IMG/VR virus record: IMGVR_UViG_3300017971_000019
Coordinates: 1 to 64,000 of that record
DNA length: 64,000 nucleotides
Strand: one strand, 5' to 3'
DNA from: a virus
Lineage: Duplodnaviria; Heunggongvirae; Uroviricota; Caudoviricetes
The notes under the pieces were generated by a model, which saw only the letters and a program-made list of their open reading frames with translations, was not told the origin of the DNA and searched no databases. Shown in pieces: positions 33,976-44,680 of the stretch. Position 1 is the first letter of the stretch. The number at the start of each line of letters is the position of its first letter. Both the position numbers and the translations under genes were made by a program.

Positions 33976-34659
33976 ATGGACACAGCGCAGAGCATGATCA
34001 ACCGCGTGATCGTGCGATTGGAGGACCCGGACTACGTCTTCTTCTCGCAGGATGACCTCATCGGTGCGTACAACGATGCGCTAGACGAGATCAGCGAAGC
34101 CACGGAGATCAACGAGACCACGGCAGTCATCAAGCGCAGGAAGAAGGCGGCGTACACAGACCTCCGAGGAATCCTCCCAGCCACGGCCCTTCGCGTCACA
34201 GCCATCTGGAACCTCAACACCCAGAGGTGGCTCCACCCAACCACAGTCACGGAGCTTGATGACCTACTGGGACGCCAGTGGGAAGACAAGCCGGACACGG
34301 AGCCGCGCTGGTGGTGGATGCGCGGGCTCTGGCATCTTGGGGCGTACCCGGTTCCGAACGCCGACATCGCCAACCTCCGCATCCACTACGCGGACATCCT
34401 TCCACACGTCAGGTCAGACGGCGGGCTCTCCCAGGGTCTCGGAACGTCTCCAGCCCTACCCGACGACTTCACCGACGCCATTGAGAACTACATGCTGTAC
34501 CAGCTTCTCGCGCAGAGGAAGGAGACCAAGAAGTCTCTGGATCACTTCAAGGAGTACAAGGTCCACGAGGCCGAGCTTTACAAGCTGGCCCACAACAGGA
34601 TGAGGCGCGACAGAGCAGGACAGATGGGTGCCCGTAGAGGATGGGGGCTCCGACGATGA
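33976..34659 (+). CDS. virion structural protein (227 aa)
   Basis: ORF track. Tiles between the lysin and the tail genes. Confidence 0.6.
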   Translation: MDTAQSMINRVIVRLEDPDYVFFSQDDLIGAYNDALDEISEATEINETTAVIKRRKKAAYTDLRGILPATALRVTAIWNLNTQRWLHPTTVTELDDLLGRQWEDKPDTEPRWWWMRGLWHLGAYPVPNADIANLRIHYADILPHVRSDGGLSQGLGTSPALPDDFTDAIENYMLYQLLAQRKETKKSLDHFKEYKVHEAELYKLAHNRMRRDRAGQMGARRGWGLRR

Positions 34660-35717
34660 TCACGCTAGCAACTTCCACGGCACGCGTACAGCGCCAGCTA
34701 GACGACGAGGATGCAGACGTTTGGACCGTCACCCAGGTGCAGGACTTTCTCCAGGACGGGTACGACAGGTTCTGCCGCGACACACAGTGCATCTTCGACA
34801 TGGAGATGTACGAGGACCGTCCGCACACCGGGAACTACACCAAGGAGCACGAGAAGGACTACATGACGGACATCCCGATTCTGGCCAGATTCACGATCAC
34901 CAAGGAGTCTGACCGTCAGTATGTGGATCCCGGCGCTCCGATCCCGTCGAACCACACCAGGCAGGACGACGCGTCCTACATGAGCACCGACAGGGATAGC
35001 CTGGCGACCTCTGGATCCTCCACGAGGACGGTGGGCATCCTGCCGGCGAGGTTCGTGTCTGTGGACAGGGTCACCCACGACTGGCTCCGCCTTGCGCCAG
35101 AGAGTGCCCGCTACAACCGCCGCAACAGGAACATCTACCAGACGGAATCTGGTGGCGTGTACGCGTACCAGATGGACGAGGATGGTCTATGGAACTTCCG
35201 CACCGTGGGCGTGCCCGTAAGAGAGCTTCCGACAGTGACTATCAGCGGGATCTTCGGAGGCATTCGAGCATTCACCGACGACGAGTTCGACTACGACGAC
35301 GAGGTCGTTGTCGGGACGTACGGTGGGGTACGCCAGGTGCCGCAGCAGTTCGCATCGGGCCAGTACGGTGGTGTTCGGAAGATCATCCCGGACGCGAACG
35401 CGACGAGAGTTGAGTACTTCCGCCTCGGGAAGAATCTCAGGGCGCACCCGTTCGAGATTCCTGACAGGTACGTTCGCTACGTCGAGTGGTACGCCCTCTA
35501 CAGGGCCTACAACACACCAGGCGAAGGCGAGGACAAGGCTCTCGCTGACCACTACATGCAGCGCTTCCAGATGGGCATCGAGAAGATGAAGAAGCGCGTT
35601 GATGACGAGATGAAGGAGCGGGCGCAAGCCATGGGAACGAAGAGGCTTGGTAAGCTGGACTCGTACCTAGAGCGTTTCCCGTCCAACTACGGGTACAAGC
35701 GCCCGTTCAGGGGGTAG
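34641..35717 (+). CDS. virion structural protein (358 aa)
   Basis: ORF track. Overlaps the upstream gene. Confidence 0.6.
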   Translation: MGAPTMITLATSTARVQRQLDDEDADVWTVTQVQDFLQDGYDRFCRDTQCIFDMEMYEDRPHTGNYTKEHEKDYMTDIPILARFTITKESDRQYVDPGAPIPSNHTRQDDASYMSTDRDSLATSGSSTRTVGILPARFVSVDRVTHDWLRLAPESARYNRRNRNIYQTESGGVYAYQMDEDGLWNFRTVGVPVRELPTVTISGIFGGIRAFTDDEFDYDDEVVVGTYGGVRQVPQQFASGQYGGVRKIIPDANATRVEYFRLGKNLRAHPFEIPDRYVRYVEWYALYRAYNTPGEGEDKALADHYMQRFQMGIEKMKKRVDDEMKERAQAMGTKRLGKLDSYLERFPSNYGYKRPFRG

Positions 35718-35719
35718 GA

Positions 35720-36112
35720 ATGGCAATCGTAGTCGAAACCTGGATGTCGGAGGATCTCGAACTGGGGGTGGACTCCACCACAAAGACGCATCCTGGTGGT
35801 GGAACGCTCAACGGCACTCAGATCTCCCTCAGCACGTTCTCTCGTGCGGGCGCGAGCGGGACCAGCGAGACGACCACCTGGGACCCAGGCGAGATCGCGT
35901 CTGGCTCGTCAGAGGAGAAGGAGATCACCGTGCAGGGTGCCCAGCTTGGGGACTTCGTGCTGGCCTCCCTCAACATCGACCTGGCAGGGCTGATGCTCAG
36001 CGCATACGTCTCCGCCGAGAACACGGTCACGGCGTCACTGTACAACCTGTCTGGTGGCGCTGTGAACCTCGGAAGCGCAACGCTCAAGGTGGCTGTCTTC
36101 GAGACGAGGTAA
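35720..36112 (+). CDS. structural protein (130 aa), Ig-like or beta-sandwich composition
   Basis: ORF track. Confidence 0.55.
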   Translation: MAIVVETWMSEDLELGVDSTTKTHPGGGTLNGTQISLSTFSRAGASGTSETTTWDPGEIASGSSEEKEITVQGAQLGDFVLASLNIDLAGLMLSAYVSAENTVTASLYNLSGGAVNLGSATLKVAVFETR

Positions 36113-36115
36113 CGG

Positions 36116-38098
36116 ATGGGCCGCGTAATCAACACGAACTCGGAGACCTTCGGCTCTGTCAACCAGAGCGCGAAGACTCAGTCGATGACGCTGAGGAGGT
36201 ACTGTTCCTCCGACTCTGGAGACGACGAGCAGACTCACGAGTTGGCGTACTCGCAGAGTGCGAGCCCGTCCTCCTGGACCGACTCTAGGACTGAGTTCAT
36301 CCCTCCCACCACCGACTGGCGGAACAAGACTTACGACCTGGCCTGCGACGAGACCTACTACTGGAGGGCTCGCGGTCGCTGGTATCAGAGCAGCGTCCTC
36401 CAGGAGACGAAGACAACCAACACTCCGGGTCGCACGTTCAAGACGCACGCAGTTATTCCGACCATCGGGACTCCGTCTCTGAGCAACGAGACCTCCTCCT
36501 CGGTGAGGGTGAACGGAAGCTGGACTCCGGGCACGAGTGAGACGACAGCCTACTGCTACGTCCAGTACAAGAAGACCGCCAACTCCACCTGGTTGACGTT
36601 CGGCGGAGCCGTGGACACGGACACCGGGTACTCCAGTGTGTCGATCCCGGCAACGACCGTGACGGGGCTGGATTCGAGCACCAGCTATGACTTCAGGCTC
36701 CAGGTCCAGAGGCCAGGCGCGACCAACTCGACAACCTACAACGGCACCGCAGCGGCGACGAACACAGAAGCCGGCGACCCGACGATGACAACGAACGCGG
36801 CCACCTCTGTCAGTCACAACTCAGCCACACTGAGCGCGACCATCGTCATGAACGACGCCACTGGCGTGACCCTTGGGTTCGGGTACGAGGACTCACAGCA
36901 TGATCCGTGCCCGCAGCCATGCACCAGCTACGCCAACACGTCTTCGACGCAACTGGTAGTATCAGATGGGACGTATACACAGCAGATCACGGGGCTTACC
37001 CCGTCAACGACGTACTACTTTAGGGCCATCGCGGATTGGGATTCTGGGGGAGCGACGACGGAAGACGATCCGCTAGGGGCAAGCGAGCTTTCGTTCACGA
37101 CACCTGGCGATCCAGGGGAACTATCAAGGGAACAAGAGATGCTACCAATTCAAGATTTCGACAGGAAGTGGGGGGTAGCCACCACGATCTTCTTCGTAGC
37201 TCCCCAGGATGCGAACTCGTCTTCGGACTCGTTCCTCGACGCGGCAGTGCCGTGGACGACTGGGGACAGCAAGATCACGGGTGTCGTGTACGACGATGAC
37301 TCCACCCCTACGATCACGGCGGAGGACGACACGGACAGCCTGCCGGCAAGGGTCGCCTCTACCAATCTGTACAGGCTGGACCTGAGTGATACCGAGATGG
37401 AGCACGATGAGGTCTTCATCACGCTGACCACAGCGACTCCATCATCCAGCGGTGTGCGTGACGTGATGCTTCGAGTGCGCACTCACCTCCAGCTAGGTAC
37501 GGCCCACATCGACGCAGCGACCGGAGAGAAGTCAAACGCGACTGCGTTCAAGGTCGAGGGGTACGGGTCTGGCCATGGCATCGAAGCCATCGGTGGAACC
37601 TCCGGTCAGGATATCAATGGCATCATCCGCGAGCACTTCAAGGATGTTGGTACGTGCCAGACACACCCTGGTGGGGCGACGATCAAGCTGGCATCTACGG
37701 CAAGCTCTCAGGATGACGCGTACAACGGCGACGTGGTCTTCATCCCGGAGGGGACGAACGCTGTCGGCCAGGGTCGCGTGATCACGGACTACAACGGCAC
37801 GACGAAGGAAGCCACCGTGGACAGCGCGTGGGTCGGAACAGCGCCGGGCACCTCCGAGCAGTACATCGTCATCAGCGGTCCACGAGTGTGGGAGCAGGAG
37901 ATTTCTTCCGAGCTTTCCTCGATCCCAGGCGCGACCGACAACTTCGGACGGAAGCTACAGACCCTCTTCCAAAGGTTCACGTTCAGGATCTCCCAGACGG
38001 CCACAGAGCAGACCTGGTACAAGGCTGACGGAACGACCACCCTCGACACCAGGGCGGTGTCCGACAACGGAACGACCCAGCTTATCGAAGAGTTCTAA
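36116..38098 (+). CDS. tail or appendage protein with two fibronectin type III-like repeats (660 aa)
   Basis: FN3 C-terminal consensus appears twice: VTGLDSSTSYDFRLQV and ITGLTPSTTYYFRAIA. Confidence 0.7.
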   Translation: MGRVINTNSETFGSVNQSAKTQSMTLRRYCSSDSGDDEQTHELAYSQSASPSSWTDSRTEFIPPTTDWRNKTYDLACDETYYWRARGRWYQSSVLQETKTTNTPGRTFKTHAVIPTIGTPSLSNETSSSVRVNGSWTPGTSETTAYCYVQYKKTANSTWLTFGGAVDTDTGYSSVSIPATTVTGLDSSTSYDFRLQVQRPGATNSTTYNGTAAATNTEAGDPTMTTNAATSVSHNSATLSATIVMNDATGVTLGFGYEDSQHDPCPQPCTSYANTSSTQLVVSDGTYTQQITGLTPSTTYYFRAIADWDSGGATTEDDPLGASELSFTTPGDPGELSREQEMLPIQDFDRKWGVATTIFFVAPQDANSSSDSFLDAAVPWTTGDSKITGVVYDDDSTPTITAEDDTDSLPARVASTNLYRLDLSDTEMEHDEVFITLTTATPSSSGVRDVMLRVRTHLQLGTAHIDAATGEKSNATAFKVEGYGSGHGIEAIGGTSGQDINGIIREHFKDVGTCQTHPGGATIKLASTASSQDDAYNGDVVFIPEGTNAVGQGRVITDYNGTTKEATVDSAWVGTAPGTSEQYIVISGPRVWEQEISSELSSIPGATDNFGRKLQTLFQRFTFRISQTATEQTWYKADGTTTLDTRAVSDNGTTQLIEEF

Positions 38099-38109
38099 AG
38101 GAGCCCACC

Positions 38110-41100
38110 ATGCCCAACCTATTCAAGCGTGCGGGTGGGTGGAAGTGGCTTCCAGACTCCGACTCTGTTGGCGCTCCAGACGAAGCCCTGCTCAGGGCGC
38201 ACAACACCGTCCCAGACGAGATCGGTGGTCGCGCTCTGCGTGGGGGTTCGTCTGAACTCTACACAAGCCTTGGGACGAGAGTGGATTCTCTCCGCACCGC
38301 AACGCTCCAGAAGACAACCTACAGGTATGCCGGGGTTGACGATGAGCTAGTCATCAACGGAGCATCCAGCGGTAAGACGTTCGATGGCTCTGGGGACATC
38401 ACATTCGGTGACGACTCGTACCAGGCGTTCGCGGCCCGTGGAACCAAGAAGTGGAAGCACGACGGGTCAACTACTAACACATGGGGCATCGCGAAGCCGA
38501 CGAAGAAGCCGACCCTGGCCGCTGTCACGAGGGTCACGAAGGAAGTCGCATCCTTCGACTCTGACGAGTTGCCAGCGTTTGTGATCAACGAGGGGTCCGC
38601 TGGGACTCCTCAGTTCATCACTGACTACGACGGCACCGCCAACGGCGCGATGCAAGTGGAGCCAGACGCAGAGAGCGGAATCGCTTCGGTCACCAAGTAC
38701 TACAACACAGAGCAGGACTTCCTCAACCTACAGGGCTTCCAGGGCGCAGAAACGGACGTGTTCGACATGCGCGTTTGGCTGGAGAACCCTCGCCAGGTCG
38801 AGAAGGTCACGATCATGTTCGGGCTGGACGACCCGAAGTCAGACTCTGCCTCTATCACGATGACCTCTTCCTCTACGACAGCGACTGTGACGCACTCGTC
38901 CCATCCGCTCAGCGATGGAGATGTTGTCGTGATCACTGGAGCGACGAACAGCGAGTTCAACGGAGTCTTCTCGATCACGTATATCAACGCGAACTCATAC
39001 TCGTACACAATGTCGTCTGCGACGACCCCACCAGGAGAGAGCGACTCTGGAACAGTCACGTACGTGACAAAGGACGCGTTCAGGGACAATCACTACTTCT
39101 TCGACTTCAACATCAGGAACAACGGGAAGATCGACAACAAGGATGCGGCGTCATCGTCTGTCGAGGCGTACAGAAAGTCAACGAACAGGCTTCTTGAGCA
39201 ACTAACGGCGGATGAGATCACAGAGGTAAAGACTCCAGAGGATGCAGGGCAGATTCTGAAGAGGCTCGGTGGGTCCTACAGGGGATCTACGGTCCAGGCT
39301 CGTGCGGATGGAACTGCCGCGTCCCCGGCGTGGGGGCACTTCTCGGTGACCCGTGGTCAGTTCAAGAGGATTGGGGATTCTGACGCAGACTGGAATGACG
39401 TGACGGCGTTCAAGGTCGTCTACCACGCAGTCCCAGGAGAGGACACCAGCAAGAAGAAGTTCGGAATGGATGACGCGGTGTGGGCCGGCTCTGGAAACAG
39501 GTCTCTCACTGGTAAGTTTCAGGCGGCGTACAGGTACGCACGCCGATTCAAGGATGACGATGGGGATCTCGTCTACACCGAGCTTTCTCCGATGTCTCCA
39601 CTATCGGATCCGATCACGCTGAAGCAGCAGACGCTGAACGTGACAATCACAGAGGCTGGCCTGTCTGGCGCAGACCCTCAGGTGGACACGATCTGGATCT
39701 ATATCTTCGGCGGCTGGCTAGACACTTTTTACCGCGCCGCAGTCACGGCGTCATCGATCAACCAGGGGCTCACCATCGATGAACTCACGAACCCTGGAGC
39801 CGGGGCAGCCAACTTCGATGACGCGATCCAGAGGTCTCGCCTCACGACCCACGGATTCACGTATGTCCAGACTGGAACGGAAACGTCACTAAGCGCGGGA
39901 GAGCTAACAAGCAGCAGTACGACCGCTACCGTGACACACACGAACACACTCTCGGCTGGGGACTACGTCCTCATCTCGTGGGCAGCGCAGTCTGAGTACA
40001 ACGGCGTCTACCTGGTTGACTCTGCCACTGGGTCCGACTTCACGTACACGTTCGCCGGGAGCGCCACCTCGCCGGCCACCGCTGGTGGGGGAGACCCCTC
40101 GAACCCAGGTGTCATCACGTTCACTCCGCTGGCCGGCTACCCGACAGGAACACCGACTGGTGCGGCAAGCAACGACCTGACGGTCTCCATCGCGAAGAGC
40201 GAGATCGACTTGATGATCGAGAACGAGATCTTCGAGCCAGGCTCGATTGGACCCCCAGACGACATCGTCGGAATCGCCGGCCCGTGGAACCGCAGGATGT
40301 TCGTCCTCACGAAGAAGGGATGGCTCTACCCATCGAGCACGAAGTCCCCATCCAGCTTCAGCCTCTACCACGCCATCGATCTGAGGCGCTACGGTGAGCC
40401 GCTATGGCTCGCGGGGACAGCGAACGGAGTCATTGCTGGCTGCTCGAAGGACATCATCAGGATCGCAGGCACTGGCGACGAGAGCGCGGATCACGTCACG
40501 GTGGACCTATTCCCGCAGCCGTTCAGTGCCGGGAACCCTCCTGTGGACAAGGCCCTGGCGGTTGACTCGAACGTCATCATCTACAGGGCCGCAGACGGGC
40601 CGATGATGCTCGTCGGGAACACCTTCCAGATGATCCCGTTCATCGGCACAGAGCTTCTGTGGCGCGGCTACAACAGGCACGGCGTCGAGGCGCTGGACAT
40701 CGAAAACGGGAGATTCAGGTTCGCAACAGACAACCACAACCTATACATGCTCGCGCCAGAGGGGGTGGAGTCTGAGACATCAGTGACGATCACCAGGAGC
40801 GAGACAACCGCCACAGTGACCCACACCGAGCACGGGTTCTCGAACGGCGACAAGGTCAGGATCAAGGGCGCATCCGACTCTTACTACAACGGCGACCACA
40901 TCATCATGGTCGTTGATGACGACTCATACACTTTCACAGTGAACGGCGGGGCTGAGAATCCAGCGACGGGATCAATCAAGGCCGTCCTGATCAAGGATCC
41001 GGTGGCTGTGTGGAAGTACTACCAGGCGCAGCAGGAGTGGTGCAGGCTAACGTACGGGTACACGATCAACTCGATCACCCGCGAGCCAGACGGGAATGTG

Positions 41101-41823
41101 ATTCTCGGAACGAAGAGCGGAGAGGTTCTGAGGGCCGAGCTTGGAGACGAGGACAACAGCGAGGCCATCGCCGTGGATATCCTCACTCCTATCAACGACG
41201 GCGGAAACCCACTCGCCAGGAAGGACCCGTCAGACTTCCAGATCCACTGCTACACAGCGGACGATTCCGGTACGGCATCGTTCTACATCAACGGTCTGAC
41301 GGAGCCTGTCGCGTCTGTGACGCAGACGTTCGCAACTGGTGCCAACGAGGTGTACAGAACCGACCTAACTGGTCTCGGGAAGTTCCTCAAGCTCCAGCTT
41401 GGGATCACAGGCTCGTTCAGGCAGTTCTCCATGAACGCGTTCAACGTCACCTATAGGCCTCTGCCGCAACAGGTGATGGTCTACGACACTGGTCACATCA
41501 TCGCCCCGAGGCAAGATCTAGCTTGGATCAACGAGGTGGAGATTGACGTGGAGAGCCCCGCTGACCTGGAGATGGAGATCTGGAAGAACGGTTCGCTCTG
41601 GCAGACCCTCGATGTTCCGGTCACGGCCAACATCAGGGATGTGTACACTATCGTTTGCCCGAGGCAGACGAAGGGACGCCGCCTACGCCTAGTCTTCAAG
41701 ACGACGAACTCCAACGGCGAGGGCAACGTCGGGTTCGAGCCGTACGGAATCGCGGTTCGCTTCCGTGGAAGTGGAAACTTCACAGAGCTTCCGCTCACGC
41801 AGGGTGACCAGGGGAATGTCTAG
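38110..41823 (+). CDS. large tail or internal structural protein (1237 aa) with three copies of a domain of about 70 aa
   Basis: Repeats starting around nt 38863, 39906 and 40792 share the pattern (S/T)xTTATVTHxxHxxSxGDxVxI.GAxxSEYNGV...Y(T/S)(F/M). The protein is not alpha-helical or Ala/Gly-rich as a tape measure would be. Confidence 0.75.
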   Translation: MPNLFKRAGGWKWLPDSDSVGAPDEALLRAHNTVPDEIGGRALRGGSSELYTSLGTRVDSLRTATLQKTTYRYAGVDDELVINGASSGKTFDGSGDITFGDDSYQAFAARGTKKWKHDGSTTNTWGIAKPTKKPTLAAVTRVTKEVASFDSDELPAFVINEGSAGTPQFITDYDGTANGAMQVEPDAESGIASVTKYYNTEQDFLNLQGFQGAETDVFDMRVWLENPRQVEKVTIMFGLDDPKSDSASITMTSSSTTATVTHSSHPLSDGDVVVITGATNSEFNGVFSITYINANSYSYTMSSATTPPGESDSGTVTYVTKDAFRDNHYFFDFNIRNNGKIDNKDAASSSVEAYRKSTNRLLEQLTADEITEVKTPEDAGQILKRLGGSYRGSTVQARADGTAASPAWGHFSVTRGQFKRIGDSDADWNDVTAFKVVYHAVPGEDTSKKKFGMDDAVWAGSGNRSLTGKFQAAYRYARRFKDDDGDLVYTELSPMSPLSDPITLKQQTLNVTITEAGLSGADPQVDTIWIYIFGGWLDTFYRAAVTASSINQGLTIDELTNPGAGAANFDDAIQRSRLTTHGFTYVQTGTETSLSAGELTSSSTTATVTHTNTLSAGDYVLISWAAQSEYNGVYLVDSATGSDFTYTFAGSATSPATAGGGDPSNPGVITFTPLAGYPTGTPTGAASNDLTVSIAKSEIDLMIENEIFEPGSIGPPDDIVGIAGPWNRRMFVLTKKGWLYPSSTKSPSSFSLYHAIDLRRYGEPLWLAGTANGVIAGCSKDIIRIAGTGDESADHVTVDLFPQPFSAGNPPVDKALAVDSNVIIYRAADGPMMLVGNTFQMIPFIGTELLWRGYNRHGVEALDIENGRFRFATDNHNLYMLAPEGVESETSVTITRSETTATVTHTEHGFSNGDKVRIKGASDSYYNGDHIIMVVDDDSYTFTVNGGAENPATGSIKAVLIKDPVAVWKYYQAQQEWCRLTYGYTINSITREPDGNVILGTKSGEVLRAELGDEDNSEAIAVDILTPINDGGNPLARKDPSDFQIHCYTADDSGTASFYINGLTEPVASVTQTFATGANEVYRTDLTGLGKFLKLQLGITGSFRQFSMNAFNVTYRPLPQQVMVYDTGHIIAPRQDLAWINEVEIDVESPADLEMEIWKNGSLWQTLDVPVTANIRDVYTIVCPRQTKGRRLRLVFKTTNSNGEGNVGFEPYGIAVRFRGSGNFTELPLTQGDQGNV

Positions 41824-44399
41824 TGGCAGGAAGAATCAGGCACCCGGACGACGCGACCCACGACATCCAGGTCGCGTTCAGGGACGTAGACGACGAGCTA
41901 ATCGCAATCGCTCGATTGGCGGAGCAGGCCTCTAGGCAGACAGAGGCCTCTGCGGTCGAGATCAAGAGGGTCGAGGACAGCCTCAACCAGAGGATCGACG
42001 CTCCTACCCACCTAGACCACAGGGATGTGATGCGCGGTGCCGGCGACGGCCACGCCATCGGCTACGTTCCAGACCCTGGTCCGACTCTGGACACGACGAA
42101 GTTCCTCAGGCACGACGGTGCCTGGGAGCCGATCTCTGGAGCCGCTGTCGATCACGGGAGTCTTGGTGGACTTGGAGGCGACGACCATACCCACTATCTA
42201 CTAGCGGATGGCACTAGGGCACTTACTGGGAACTGGGACGCCGGCTCATTCCAAATCCGAGCCGAGACCCTCCGCTCAGACGTGGCCACCGGGACCGCTC
42301 CGCTCACGATAGCGTCCACGACTCTGGTCACAAATCTCAATAGCGACCAGCTTGATGGACAAGAGGGATCGTACTACCTGGACTCCGCGAACTTCACTGG
42401 GACTGACTGGACGGACCTGACGGACGCTGGGGACACCACTCTCCACGGTCACGACATTACTGGCCTCACTGGCTACAGCAACGACCATGGGGCCCTCGAC
42501 GGGCTCGCGGACGACGACCATACGCAGTACCTCCTGGTGAATGGGACTCGCGACATGACGGGGGACCTCCTCCCGAACGCGACGGGCACCCTGGACCTCG
42601 GGGCGACGACGGACTACTGGGCCGAGTCCTACGTCAATCTCATGTACGTCGGGACAAGGGTGGAAGGACAACTGGCCAACCTTGAACTGAGGGCGCCGTC
42701 TGGGAACGTTCAGCTTTCCCTCGGCGGTACGTACACATGGTCGGCAAGCTCGACAGGGTTCTACCCGTCTGGGGCAGGAGACGCAGACATCGGAACGAAC
42801 TCTCTTCCGATCAGGGACCTATACATCGCTGACCAGGTCATCTCCTCGGTGGCGACCGGAACAGCGCCACTCACAATCGCCTCCACCACCCTAGTCTCGA
42901 ACCTGAACGCTGACCTTTTGGACGGTCAGGAAGGGAGCTACTACCTCGACCTGACGAACGCCACGAATCAGAGTGCCATCGACCATACGTCGATCAGTAA
43001 CATCGGGACGCAGAGTCACGCGGCTATTGACTCCCACATCATAGACACGTCGATCCACTTCGCACAGACTGGGATCGATCATGGAACCATCGGTGGTCTC
43101 ACGGACGATGATCACACGCAGTACACGCTGATCAGTTCCCAGGCAGGAACTCCAAGCTCTACGCCGTCTCGTGTTGGGCTCATCAACGTGGACACGAGCG
43201 CAGAGACGGCCTATGTCTCTACTGGTACGGCAAGCTCTGCCGACTGGGACCTTATTGAGACAGGAGGCTCCGTTGATCACGGTGGCCTCCTGGGCCTTGG
43301 GGACGATGACCACACGCAGTACTTCCTGGCAGACGGATCCCGCGACCTGACCGGCGACCTGGTCATGAAGACCGGGAACACGATCTACGCCTACGGTGAG
43401 TACACAGACGCTTCGAACTACGGTCGAGCTTACTTCGAGGCGACTGTCGCTTCTGCGGCTATCGGTTTCGAGACTGCCGGTACTGGGGATGACAAGCCTC
43501 TCGTCATCAAGAACGAGTCGAACGGGCTCATGAGCTTCCACACCAACAACACCATGAAGTGGCTGATCGAGGCGGGTGGGGACTTCGAGCCAGGGGCGGA
43601 CGACACGTATGACATCGGGGCGTCAAGCTGGCAGGTCGCGGATGTCTGGACGACAGGACTGAAATCCGACGGCTACATCGACAAGAACGAGAACTCCCAC
43701 TTCATCGACCTGCCCCTCCGCGCCCCCGACGGACGGATCGTCACTGTCGAGGATGACTTTGTCCACGGGGGTCCATTGGTGTCCGGGGACATTGGTACGC
43801 TCAATTGGAACATCAGCGGGGGGACGGGGTACACAGTCGGCTACGGAAGTGGCACCAACAACGGACACCCCGGACTGGTCCGCATCAAGCCAGACAACGA
43901 CACCGGGGATGCCGTCTACCTCTTTGCCAATTACACCACCTACACGATGTTCAACGGGATCGAAGAGTACTGGCAGACTTGGATTCTCTATGACGCCCAG
44001 AGCACCGAGGGTGAGGTGAACATCATCGTTGGGATCAACACAACCGTTGACTACGCAGCAGGCACGGACGGGATCTACTTCTACTGTGACTACAATGCCA
44101 ACAACAACTGGCAGGCGAGGACCATCGCGTCCGGCTCCGCAACCGACACAGATACCGGAGTGGCGCACCGATCCGGAGACAGCGCCAACGACTACTTCCG
44201 GTTCGACATCCACTACACCCCGACTGCGGTGAAGTTCTACATCGACGGATCTCTGGTGGCGACCAACACCACGAACATTCCGACCAGTGACGCCATGATG
44301 CCAGCCCTCGCGGTGGAGTGTGACGCGACAGGGGCAGGTAACTCGCTGGAGAACGTCTTCCTCGACTATTACGCAATGACTTACAAGGTGGACCGATAA
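41823..44399 (+). CDS. tail fibre protein (858 aa) with repeated HG.LGGL.DDDHTQY motifs
   Basis: Four copies of DDHT(H/Q)Y at 42181, 42512, 43098 and 43305. A duplicated segment ATGTAPLTIASTTLV(T/S)NLN(S/A)D.LDGQEGSYYLD at 42288-42380 and 42856-42950. Confidence 0.7.
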   Translation: MAGRIRHPDDATHDIQVAFRDVDDELIAIARLAEQASRQTEASAVEIKRVEDSLNQRIDAPTHLDHRDVMRGAGDGHAIGYVPDPGPTLDTTKFLRHDGAWEPISGAAVDHGSLGGLGGDDHTHYLLADGTRALTGNWDAGSFQIRAETLRSDVATGTAPLTIASTTLVTNLNSDQLDGQEGSYYLDSANFTGTDWTDLTDAGDTTLHGHDITGLTGYSNDHGALDGLADDDHTQYLLVNGTRDMTGDLLPNATGTLDLGATTDYWAESYVNLMYVGTRVEGQLANLELRAPSGNVQLSLGGTYTWSASSTGFYPSGAGDADIGTNSLPIRDLYIADQVISSVATGTAPLTIASTTLVSNLNADLLDGQEGSYYLDLTNATNQSAIDHTSISNIGTQSHAAIDSHIIDTSIHFAQTGIDHGTIGGLTDDDHTQYTLISSQAGTPSSTPSRVGLINVDTSAETAYVSTGTASSADWDLIETGGSVDHGGLLGLGDDDHTQYFLADGSRDLTGDLVMKTGNTIYAYGEYTDASNYGRAYFEATVASAAIGFETAGTGDDKPLVIKNESNGLMSFHTNNTMKWLIEAGGDFEPGADDTYDIGASSWQVADVWTTGLKSDGYIDKNENSHFIDLPLRAPDGRIVTVEDDFVHGGPLVSGDIGTLNWNISGGTGYTVGYGSGTNNGHPGLVRIKPDNDTGDAVYLFANYTTYTMFNGIEEYWQTWILYDAQSTEGEVNIIVGINTTVDYAAGTDGIYFYCDYNANNNWQARTIASGSATDTDTGVAHRSGDSANDYFRFDIHYTPTAVKFYIDGSLVATNTTNIPTSDAMMPALAVECDATGAGNSLENVFLDYYAMTYKVDR

Positions 44400-44617
44400 T
44401 GGCTATTCCAGTTCGACGTAAGGGGGAGATCGTCGCCTCCGTGGACATCGTGGGGATCGACATTCCCGACGACGAAGACGGGAGAGCCCGCATCGCATAC
44501 CTCGTAGTAGAGAGGACCGACAACCAGAATCGCTACAGCTTCAAGATCGGCACCCCGCAGGAGCTTGACGAGGGGCCAGACCTTGGGTCCGGGTCCGATG
44601 TTCCGGTTGTCCTTTGA
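44399..44617 (+). CDS. hypothetical protein (72 aa)
   Basis: ATGA overlap with the fibre gene. Confidence 0.45.
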   Translation: MAIPVRRKGEIVASVDIVGIDIPDDEDGRARIAYLVVERTDNQNRYSFKIGTPQELDEGPDLGSGSDVPVVL

Positions 44618-44680
44618 TCTGGTACTCTCAAAGGTGCATGGAGATCGCGTGCCTGCGCGAACCCACTGAGGAGGCATAAG

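Noticed and set aside
38110-41823. Considered calling the 1237-aa protein a tape-measure protein
   Set aside because: Its composition is beta-rich (Thr/Ser/Gly/Asn) with Ig-like repeats. It lacks the Ala/Gly-rich alpha-helical repeat character of tape-measure proteins. No tail-tube or sheath gene set is present either.
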